Counted from the stretch's first letter, positions 1-7,228 are shown. The stretch is 11,842 nt of DNA from Candidatus Krumholzibacteriota bacterium (GCA_039714075.1 JBDLKA010000105.1:1-11842); one strand, 5' to 3'. The notes: a model not told the origin generated them from the sequence alone. Numbers and translations: made by a program.

Positions 1-2
1 AC

Positions 3-1133
3 GAGATCATCGTCGGCACCGTCCAGCAGGTGGACCGGGGCAACGTCCTGGTCAACCTGGGCCGCACCGAGGCCCTGATGCCCTACCGGGAACAGATCCG
101 CGGTGAAAAACTGCACCAGGGCAAGACCGTGCGCGCGTTCATCACCGAGGTCCTGGACAGCGCCAAGGGGCCGCAGGTCATCCTGTCGCGCAGCCACCCG
201 GGTTTCCTGAAGTCGCTCTTCCACATGGAAGTGCCGGAGATCCAGGAGGGCATCGTCGAGATCAAGGCCGTGGCCCGCGAGCCGGGCACGCGTTCCAAGA
301 TCGCGGTGACCAGCAACGACGAACGGGTCGATCCCGTCGGATCGTGCGTGGGCATGAAGGGCAGCCGCGTGCAGGCCGTCACTCGCGAACTGGCGGGCGA
401 GCGGGTGGACATCGTGCCCTGGAGCGCCGAGGCCAGCCTCCTGATTTCCCGCGCCCTGAGCCCGGCCATCGTCAGCAACATCATTCTGCACCGGGACCGC
501 AACGAGGCCACCGTGGTGGTGGGCGAGGACCAGTTGAGCAAGGCCATCGGCAAGGAAGGCAAGAACGTCCGGCTGGCGGCCAAGCTTACCGAATGGAAGA
601 TCGACCTGGTCAGTTCGCGCGAGTACGCCGTCCGCCAGCGGATCACCGACGAGATGACCATGAAGCTGGGCGAGATGGAAGGTGTCGGCGAGGACCTGCT
701 GATCCTGCTGGAGCAGATCGGGATCCTGACCATCGAACAACTGGCCGACGCTTCACTGGAAAAACTGCAGGAGATCCCCAATCTGGAAGAGGAAGCCCGG
801 GAAAGCCTGCAGGCCACGGCCCGCGTCACCCGGGACGAACTGCGCAAGATGATCGAAAAGACCATCGCCGAGGAAATGGAGAAGGAGGCCGCCGAAGAAC
901 GGCCCCTCTTCGACGAGGATGCCCTCGGTGACGAGACGGCCGGCGCGGAAGAAGACGGCGAAGCCGCCGCCGAAGAACCCGCTGCGACCGAAGAGGACAT
1001 CTTCAAGGATTTCCCCGAGCAGGGTGATGGCGAAGACGCCGACGCCAAGTCCGGCGAAGACGGCCAGGCGGACGGCGATGATGACGAGGGCAAGAAAGTG
1101 GACCCGTTCGCCAACACCGAACTCGATGACTGA
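3..1133 (+). CDS. nusA: Transcription termination/antitermination factor NusA, 5'-truncated by the window edge
   Basis: The frame is open from position 3 (EIIVGTVQQVDRGN...). It contains the S1-domain end 'GPQVILSRSHP', KH motifs 'AREPGTRSKIAV', 'DPVGSCVGMKGSRVQAV' and 'LSKAIGKEGKNVRLAAKLTEWKIDL', then an HhH-like segment (EMEGVGE...LQEIPNL) and an acidic tail. It lies upstream of infB as expected. Confidence 0.98.
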   Translation, partial: EIIVGTVQQVDRGNVLVNLGRTEALMPYREQIRGEKLHQGKTVRAFITEVLDSAKGPQVILSRSHPGFLKSLFHMEVPEIQEGIVEIKAVAREPGTRSKIAVTSNDERVDPVGSCVGMKGSRVQAVTRELAGERVDIVPWSAEASLLISRALSPAIVSNIILHRDRNEATVVVGEDQLSKAIGKEGKNVRLAAKLTEWKIDLVSSREYAVRQRITDEMTMKLGEMEGVGEDLLILLEQIGILTIEQLADASLEKLQEIPNLEEEARESLQATARVTRDELRKMIEKTIAEEMEKEAAEERPLFDEDALGDETAGAEEDGEAAAEEPAATEEDIFKDFPEQGDGEDADAKSGEDGQADGDDDEGKKVDPFANTELDD

Positions 1134-1143
1134 CGGAAGTGTC

Positions 1144-1464
1144 ATGACTGAGGAAGCTACTCGAAGTCAGGCAGATAAGCTGCTCGGATTGTTGGGCTTG
1201 GCGCGGCGGGCCGGAAGGCTCGGCATGGGTGTCAGCGCGGTGGAAAAAATGGTCCACAAGGGTGAAAATCCCCTGGTGATCACCGCCGTGGACATCGGCG
1301 ACAGTCTCAAGGGCAGGGTTTCCCGTTGGGAGCCGGTGCGAGGCGTGGTGGCCGATGTCCTGACCGGCGAGGACCTGGCCCGGGCCCTGGGCCGCGAGAA
1401 GCTCGCGGTGGTCGGAGTGAGTGATTCCGGATTCGTCAAGGGAATCCGGAAGTTGGGCTACTAG
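1144..1464 (+). CDS. L7Ae/L30e-family (YlxQ-like) RNA-binding protein, ~106 aa
   Basis: 'LLGLLGLARRAGRLGMG...VITAVD...LARALGREKLAVVGVSDSGF' is the typical L7Ae/YlxQ pattern, in its usual position between nusA and infB. The start is taken as ATG 1144 (GGAAG upstream); an alternative in-frame ATG at 1126 overlaps the end of nusA. The track's start at 919 is an upstream extension inside nusA. Confidence 0.9.
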   Translation: MTEEATRSQADKLLGLLGLARRAGRLGMGVSAVEKMVHKGENPLVITAVDIGDSLKGRVSRWEPVRGVVADVLTGEDLARALGREKLAVVGVSDSGFVKGIRKLGY

Positions 1465-1531
1465 ATTGATATTCCGTTTGCTGTGCCGTCATACGGACGG
1501 CCCCGGCAGCGGATCCAATGGTGATGTCGGT

Positions 1532-1537
1532 GGAGGT
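1532..1537 (+). promoter_or_regulatory. Shine-Dalgarno site of infB (GGAGGT)
   Basis: GGAGGT lies 8 nt before the TTG at 1546 (in-frame GTG at 1549 is an alternative start). Confidence 0.8.
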
Positions 1538-1545
1538 AACCGATC

Positions 1546-4467
1546 TTGGTGAGGAAGCTGAGAGTTTACGAACTCGGTCGCCACTATGGTGTCGACAGTA
1601 AACAGATCATGACTCTTCTGCAGAAGATGAAGGTGCAGGTCAAGAGTCATATGAGCGTGGTCGAGGATGATGAAGTCGACCGCGTTCATTCCGTATTCCA
1701 GCGGAAACGTCAGTTGGCCCGGGAGAACTATGCCAAGGCGCATAATCTCAATCCCGACCAGTTGAAGAATGTCGCCGCCCTCAAGCCTCTGGAAAAGCCG
1801 GAAGCCCCCGAGGAGCCCAAAACCAAGAAGAAGCCGGCCAAGAAAAAAGCCGCGAAAAAGAAGAAGGCGCCCGCCAAGCCCAAGGTCGTGGTCATAAAGA
1901 AGGCCGGGCAGATGACCAAGGTGGCGAAAAAAGCCAAGGCCGCCAAGGACGCCGAAGACAAGGCCAAGGTGGCCGAAGCAGCGCGCAAGGCCGAGGAAAA
2001 GGAACGCCGGGAAGCGGAAATGGCTTCCAAGCGCGAAGAGCACGCCAAGTCCCGCATCGTCAAGAGCACGGCTGCCAAGCTGGTCAAGAAGGTGGATGTC
2101 GACAAGGCCCGGGAAGCCGAAGAGGCGAAAGCTGCTGAAACGGCTGAAGCTGTTGAAGCGGAGGAAATCGCCGACCAGATTGAAGATGCCCCCAAGGTGG
2201 ATCCCACCGCCGGTTTGGATGCCGAGGCCCCTGTCGCGGATGCCGAACCAACGGAAACCGAAGAGGCGGTCGATACCGGGGCGGCCGAGGAAACCGAAGG
2301 CGCCGCGGAAACAGCCGAGACTCCCGAGGAAGTCGCCAAGGCCGAAGCCGACGATCCCCTCGACAAGGTGGGAACCAAGAAAAACGACGGCTTCAAGGTG
2401 GGCGACATCATCAAGCCCGCTCCCAAAGTGAAGCGTCCCAAGCCCTCGAAACAGGAAAAGCCCCAGGCGGAAGTCAGCAGCGCTTCGGTGCGTGATTCCA
2501 TCAAGGCGGCCATCCAGCGCCGGCAGGATGAAGCGGCCGCGCGCGAGGAATCGACCTCGCGCCGCAAGCGGACCCGCAAGAAGAAGAAGAAGGTGGATCA
2601 GGCCGAGGTCGATCGCGCCCTGAAGCAGACCATGGCCGCGATGGACGGCGCCGGCGGCAAGAAGAAACGCAAGAAGGGTGAAAAGGCCGACGAAGAGGAA
2701 GTCGTCGTCGAAACCGCCGTATTGAAGCTGACCGAGTTCATCACGGTCCAGGAACTGGCCGACAAGATCGGGGTCAAGTCCCAGGAGCTGATCGCCAACC
2801 TGTTCTCGATGGGCATCATGGCAACCATCAACCAGCGCCTGGAGAAGGACAACATCGAGTTGCTGGCCGCCGAATTCGAGCGCGAGGTCGAGTTCCTCAC
2901 CGAAGTCGGCGAGGACGTGCTGGAAACCGAAGATGTGAAGGACGAGGACAAGACCGACCGCCCGCCGGTGGTGACGGTCATGGGTCACGTAGACCACGGC
3001 AAGACCTCGCTGCTGGACAGTATCCGCAAGACCAACGTCATTGCGGGCGAGGCCGGCGGCATTACCCAGCATATCGGCGCCTACACCGTGCAGACCGACA
3101 GCGGTCCGATCACCTTCCTGGATACCCCGGGTCACGCGGCCTTCACGGCCATGCGCGCCCGCGGCGCCCAGGTCACCGACCTGGTGATCCTGATCGTGGC
3201 GGCCAATGACGGCGTCATGCCCCAGACGGTGGAGGCCATCAGCCATGCCAAGGCCGCCGGGGTGCCCCTCATCGTCGCGGTGAACAAGATCGATCTGCAG
3301 GATGCGACACCCGACCGGGTGAAGCAGGAACTGCTGCAGCACGAGATCGTGGTGGAGGAATATGGTGGCGATGTGCTCTGCGCCGAGATTTCGGCCAAGC
3401 AGGGGATCGGCATCGAGAAGCTTCTCGAGCAGGTCCATCTGCAAACCGAAGTCCTGGAATTGAAGGCCGGCGCCACCGGTCCGGCCCGCGGGGTCGTGGT
3501 CGAAGCCAAGAAGGAGCCCGGCCGTGGAGTCCTGTTCACCGTGCTGGTGGACCAGGGCACCATGAAAAAGGGCGACAACTTCCTGGTCGGCATGACCGAC
3601 GGCAAGGTGCGGGCGCTGCTGGACGAACGCGGCAACAAGCTGACCGAGGTCAGGCCGGGCGAACCCTGCGAGATCCTGGGCGCCAACGACGTGCCCGAGG
3701 CGGGCGACCGCTTCTACGTGGTGGAGAACGAACGGCAGGCCCGGGAGTTGGCGGACAAGCGCCGCCGCCTCCAGCGCCAGCAGCAGATCGTCAGTCCCAA
3801 GGTCGTCATCGACCTGGACAACCTGGCCGAGCTGATGACCACCGGCGAGTTGAAGGAACTGCCCATCATCATCAAGGGCGACGTGGCCGGTTCGGTCGAG
3901 GCCCTGGCCGATCAGCTCATGGAGTTGAACACCGAAGAGGTCCAGGTCAAGGTCGTGCACAAGGCCGTGGGCGCGGTCAGTGAATCCGACGTCCTGCTGG
4001 CCGCCAACACCGGCGCCATGATCATCGGTTTCCACATGCGTCCGGGTCCGGCCATCCTCGAGAGGGCCAAGGCCAACAACGTGACCATCGAGGTCTTCGA
4101 TATCATCTACGAGGCCGTCGACACCCTCAAGAAGGCCATGGCCGGCCTGCTGGGTTCCATCCAGCGCGAGGTTTCGACGGGCAAGGCCTCGGTGCGCCAG
4201 GTCTTCCGGATTCCCAAGGTGGGGTCGGTGGCCGGTTCGATGGTCATCGAAGGCATCATCAAGCGCAACAGCATGGCCCGCCTGGTCCGTGACGAGGTCA
4301 TGATCTGGGAGGGCAAGGTCAACTCGCTGAAACGCTTCAAGGACGACGTCAAGGAAGTTAAGGAAGGCTACGAGTGCGGGATCGGGCTGGAGAACTTCTA
4401 CGAGATCCAGGAAGACGACGTCCTGGAGTGCTACGAGATTGAAGAAATCGAAAGGACCGAGCTGTAG
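1546..4467 (+). CDS. infB: Translation initiation factor IF-2 (973 aa, long low-complexity N-terminal region)
   Basis: IF2_N 'LRVYELGR', second IF2_N 'ITVQELADKI', G-domain motifs 'RPPVVTVMGHVDHGKTSLLD', 'GEAGGITQHIGAY', 'FLDTPGHAAFTAMRARGA' and 'NKID', and C-terminal 'SLKRFKDDVKEVKEGYECGI'. Confidence 0.99.
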   Translation: MVRKLRVYELGRHYGVDSKQIMTLLQKMKVQVKSHMSVVEDDEVDRVHSVFQRKRQLARENYAKAHNLNPDQLKNVAALKPLEKPEAPEEPKTKKKPAKKKAAKKKKAPAKPKVVVIKKAGQMTKVAKKAKAAKDAEDKAKVAEAARKAEEKERREAEMASKREEHAKSRIVKSTAAKLVKKVDVDKAREAEEAKAAETAEAVEAEEIADQIEDAPKVDPTAGLDAEAPVADAEPTETEEAVDTGAAEETEGAAETAETPEEVAKAEADDPLDKVGTKKNDGFKVGDIIKPAPKVKRPKPSKQEKPQAEVSSASVRDSIKAAIQRRQDEAAAREESTSRRKRTRKKKKKVDQAEVDRALKQTMAAMDGAGGKKKRKKGEKADEEEVVVETAVLKLTEFITVQELADKIGVKSQELIANLFSMGIMATINQRLEKDNIELLAAEFEREVEFLTEVGEDVLETEDVKDEDKTDRPPVVTVMGHVDHGKTSLLDSIRKTNVIAGEAGGITQHIGAYTVQTDSGPITFLDTPGHAAFTAMRARGAQVTDLVILIVAANDGVMPQTVEAISHAKAAGVPLIVAVNKIDLQDATPDRVKQELLQHEIVVEEYGGDVLCAEISAKQGIGIEKLLEQVHLQTEVLELKAGATGPARGVVVEAKKEPGRGVLFTVLVDQGTMKKGDNFLVGMTDGKVRALLDERGNKLTEVRPGEPCEILGANDVPEAGDRFYVVENERQARELADKRRRLQRQQQIVSPKVVIDLDNLAELMTTGELKELPIIIKGDVAGSVEALADQLMELNTEEVQVKVVHKAVGAVSESDVLLAANTGAMIIGFHMRPGPAILERAKANNVTIEVFDIIYEAVDTLKKAMAGLLGSIQREVSTGKASVRQVFRIPKVGSVAGSMVIEGIIKRNSMARLVRDEVMIWEGKVNSLKRFKDDVKEVKEGYECGIGLENFYEIQEDDVLECYEIEEIERTEL

Positions 4468-4641
4468 GGGCCGATGGTTCTGACGGCCCGACCATTGCCC
4501 TGCGGGGACGCCGGCCTGGAACATCGTGTTCCAGGCCGGCTTGGCTTCCGGCGCTCTCCGCCATCCATGGCTCCGAGCGCCTCCAGACACCCCGCAGGAC
4601 AACGGTCGGGCCGTCAGAATCATCTACTTCCTACAGCCCGG
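4457..4641. repeat. Branched palindromic element (REP/REPIN- or MITE-like): long terminal inverted repeats enclosing two hairpins
   Basis: 4473-4507 and 4590-4624 form a 35-bp inverted repeat with 3 differences. An outer arm, 4457-4468 / 4630-4641, matches 11/12 and contains GTAG (4464-4467) / CTAC (4631-4634). Inside are a perfect 14-bp hairpin (4510-4523 / 4527-4540) and a second hairpin GGCGCTC-tcc-GCCAT-cc-ATGGC-tcc-GAGCGCC (4550-4581). The structure is certain; the family assignment is inferred. Confidence 0.8.
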
Positions 4642-4677
4642 CACTCCCAATTTTCCCTTCCCAGTACTCCTTGAGTG

Positions 4678-4706
4678 TTTACCCGGACCTGTGGCGGGCT
4701 TATCCT
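4678..4706 (+). promoter_or_regulatory. Possible internal sigma70-type promoter for rbfA-DHH/truB/ribF
   Basis: TTTACC (4678-4683), a 17-nt spacer, then TATCCT (4701-4706), about 35 nt upstream of the ATG at 4741. Each hexamer matches consensus only 4/6. Confidence 0.35.
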
Positions 4707-4740
4707 GTGGGCAAGGAATCAATCAACTGTAAGGATGGAA

Positions 4741-6183
4741 ATGGATCCCTATCGCACGAATAAACTGAACCAGTCGATACTCGAAGTGCTCAGCCAGCTC
4801 ATCCAGGTTTCGGTCAAGGATCCGCGGGTGGGGTTCGTGACCCTGAATGCGGTGAAGCTGAACCGGGACCACTCCGTGGCGCAGGTCTTCTACTCCGTCA
4901 TCGGGGACGAGGAGGAGCGCAAGAAGAGCTTCCAGGGCCTGAAGAAGGCCAAGGGTTTCATGCAGAGCAAGCTGGTGCGTACGCTGGGACTGCGGCAGGC
5001 GCCGGAGCTGCGTTTCGCCTATGATGATTCGGTCGAGAAGGGTCTGGAGATGGACGACATCCTGGACGACCTGAAGCGAAAGGGCGAATTCCTGACCGAA
5101 GAGGAAAAGAAGCGCATGTTGTGTCTGGACGACATCCATCCTCCGGCTGAACTCATTCTCGGCCTGAGGGAAGCCAGGTCCGTCTGGGTGGTGCCCCATC
5201 ACAATCCCGATCCGGACGCCATCGGCAGCGCCCTGGCCCTGGGCGAAGCCCTGCGGACCATGGGGCGCGAGGTCCGGGTCATGGCCTATCCCGATCCCCC
5301 GCTCGGTTTGAAGGATCTGCCGGGTTACGACCTGGTGACCGTCAGCGACCAGGCCGAGGCGATCTACGCCGCGGAAAAACCGGAGCTGCTGGTTCTGGTG
5401 GACTGCCACCGCATCGACCGCACCGGACCGTTGGAAGACACGCTGGGCCGCTTTGAACAACAGCTCTGCATCGACCACCACCTGGTCAGCGGCCGCAAGG
5501 CCCCGGTGCCGGGCTGGGTCGAGGCGCGCTCCTGTTCCACCTGCACCCTGATTCACCAGACCATCACCACTTTGGGCAAAGGGGATGAGGAATTCGGCGA
5601 CGATCCCTTCGAACTGTCCCTGGACATGGCGACCAACCTGTACGCGGGCCTGATCAACGACACCGGCGGTTTCCGCTTTTCGAACACGTTGCCGTTCACC
5701 TTCGAAATCGCGCGCCGCCTTTCGGCAATGGGCGTCGATACCGCCGCGGTGGCCAACGCCACTTTGCATCGCTACCGCCGCGAAGGTGTGGCCATGCTGC
5801 AGCGCGTGCTGTCGACCTTCGAATACCACGCCGGCGGCCGGGTCCTGACGCTCAATGCCACCCTGGAGATGCTGGATGAAACGGACGGCAGCATGTCCGA
5901 TACCGAAGGGTTCGTTAACATCGCCACGGCGGTGGACGGGGTCTGCCTGGTCGCGTTCTTCAAGGAACTCGAAAAGGATGTCTGGCGCGTATCGTTGCGG
6001 GTCTGTGGTCAGGGCGACGTGCAGACCATCGCCGCCAGATACGGAGGCGGTGGTCACAAGATGGCCGCCGGCTGCACGGTCGAAGGACCCCTGGAAGAGG
6101 TCACCGCGATGCTGGCGGCCGACCTGTCGGTCGCTCTGCCGGAGGCCATGACCGATGGCCGGACGGGCAACCGACCGGGATGA
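4741..6183 (+). CDS. rbfA: Fusion protein: ribosome-binding factor A (N-terminal ~115 aa) plus DHH/DHHA1 phosphoesterase (NrnA-like oligoribonuclease/pAp phosphatase), 480 aa
   Basis: The N-terminus has RbfA motifs 'KDPRVGFVT', 'AQVFYS', 'LKKAKGF' and 'LRQAPELRFAYDDS'. It continues in frame, without a stop, into DHH motifs 'HHNPDPDAIGS' (5197), 'LVDC', 'IDHH' (DHH at 5473-5481), 'LINDTGGF', and DHHA1 'VSLR...YGGGGHKMAAG'. AAGGA at 4731-4735 favours ATG 4741 over the track's start at 4675. Confidence 0.93.
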   Translation: MDPYRTNKLNQSILEVLSQLIQVSVKDPRVGFVTLNAVKLNRDHSVAQVFYSVIGDEEERKKSFQGLKKAKGFMQSKLVRTLGLRQAPELRFAYDDSVEKGLEMDDILDDLKRKGEFLTEEEKKRMLCLDDIHPPAELILGLREARSVWVVPHHNPDPDAIGSALALGEALRTMGREVRVMAYPDPPLGLKDLPGYDLVTVSDQAEAIYAAEKPELLVLVDCHRIDRTGPLEDTLGRFEQQLCIDHHLVSGRKAPVPGWVEARSCSTCTLIHQTITTLGKGDEEFGDDPFELSLDMATNLYAGLINDTGGFRFSNTLPFTFEIARRLSAMGVDTAAVANATLHRYRREGVAMLQRVLSTFEYHAGGRVLTLNATLEMLDETDGSMSDTEGFVNIATAVDGVCLVAFFKELEKDVWRVSLRVCGQGDVQTIAARYGGGGHKMAAGCTVEGPLEEVTAMLAADLSVALPEAMTDGRTGNRPG

Positions 6184-7199
6184 TTGCCGTGGACGGCATC
6201 CTGCTGATCGACAAACCCGCCGGTGTGACTTCCTTCAAGGTGGTGAACCAGGTCCGCCAGGCCCTGGTGGCCGCCTTTCCCGAGCTGGCTCCCCGCCGGG
6301 GCCGACGTCCGGCTGGTGTTCCCAAACCACCTCGTTTCAAGTGCGGCCACGCGGGCACCCTGGACCCCTTGGCCACGGGCCTGCTGGTGGTGCTGGTGGG
6401 CAAGGGGTCACGCCTGGCTCCGTTCCTGCTGGGGCAGGACAAGACCTATGCGGCCACGGTCCGTTTCGGTTCCGTCACCGACACCCTGGACAGGGACGGT
6501 GAAGTGGTCGGCACTGCGCCCGCGCCGGCGAATCCCGAAGCCGTAGCCGACTGCCTGCCTTTGTTCCGGGGCGAAATCCAGCAGGTCCCCCCGGTCATTT
6601 CCGCCCTCAAGAAAGACGGACAGCCCCTGTACAAACTGGCCCGTTCGGGTCAGGATGTTCCCGAACCCGACGCCCGTCCGGTGACGATCCACCGGCTGGA
6701 CATGACCGCTTCGGCCTGGGGTGTGCCCCAGGATGATCCGGTATACGAGGTGGAACTCGAGGTGTCCTGCTCCAGCGGAACGTACATTCGTTCCCTGGCC
6801 CGGGATCTGGCCCGGGCCGCCGGCAGCGAAGGGCATATCCACAGCCTACGCAGGCTGGAAGTGGGGCCGTTCAAGGTTGCCGACGCGGCCAGCGGTGTCA
6901 TGGAAAAGGATGGCGATGATCTGGCGGCCTCTTTGCTTCGGTTGAGCGCCGCTTTGCCCCACGTGCCGGCGGTCACCTTCGATGCGACCGAAGCCGCCGC
7001 GATCCGGCAGGGACAGCAACCTGGGGAGGATCTGCTCGAACGTCTGGATGGTGAGCCCGTTGCCGCGGGCAAGGCGGGCCGCCTGTTCCGGATCCTCGAC
7101 GCCGACGGCGACCTGGTGGCCGTCGGTAAAATCGATGAAACGACGGGCCGGCCCGTGCTGGCTGCCGTCATACCGCGGGATGATGCTCCCGCCGACTAG
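6180..7199 (+). CDS. truB: tRNA pseudouridine(55) synthase TruB
   Basis: Motifs 'GILLIDKPAGVTSF', 'GHAGTLDPLATGLL' (catalytic Asp), 'KTY', 'TDTLDRDG', 'QVPPVISALKKDGQPLYKLAR' and 'CSSGTYIRSLARDL'. ATGA overlap with the upstream stop (6180-6183) suggests translational coupling. Confidence 0.97.
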   Translation: MIAVDGILLIDKPAGVTSFKVVNQVRQALVAAFPELAPRRGRRPAGVPKPPRFKCGHAGTLDPLATGLLVVLVGKGSRLAPFLLGQDKTYAATVRFGSVTDTLDRDGEVVGTAPAPANPEAVADCLPLFRGEIQQVPPVISALKKDGQPLYKLARSGQDVPEPDARPVTIHRLDMTASAWGVPQDDPVYEVELEVSCSSGTYIRSLARDLARAAGSEGHIHSLRRLEVGPFKVADAASGVMEKDGDDLAASLLRLSAALPHVPAVTFDATEAAAIRQGQQPGEDLLERLDGEPVAAGKAGRLFRILDADGDLVAVGKIDETTGRPVLAAVIPRDDAPAD

Positions 7200-7228
7200 T
7201 TTGTGCAGAGCGTGAAGGAGGTTCGTGC

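Noticed and set aside
1521..1561. Box C-like GTGATGT (1521-1527) and box D CTGA (1558-1561) around the infB start as a K-turn for the L7Ae protein
   Set aside because: The flanking canonical stem cannot form (CAAT versus GAGT), so K-turn geometry is not supported.
1489..4623. 1044-aa antisense ORF opposite infB, and similar long antisense ORFs (83-1117, 4723-6057, 7196-8122)
   Set aside because: Shadow ORFs produced by the codon bias of high-GC genes; no recognisable motifs, and they fully overlap well-supported genes.
4457..4641. The element as 6S RNA, SRP RNA, tRNA or a rho-independent terminator
   Set aside because: No central bubble, SRP loop motif, cloverleaf or U-tract; near-perfect long arms fit a DNA repeat element better.
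4474..4674. 66-aa ORF (MVLTARPLPCG...) mirrored by a minus-strand start MILTARPLSCG
   Set aside because: The similarity simply reflects the inverted repeat. There is no protein-family signal, and it does not resemble DUF503/YlxP.
5533..5544. CxxC (CSTC) in the DHH domain as a redox or metal site
   Set aside because: It lies in the S-S/A-T-x segment of DHH proteins, where Cys is not unusual, and there is no other supporting evidence.
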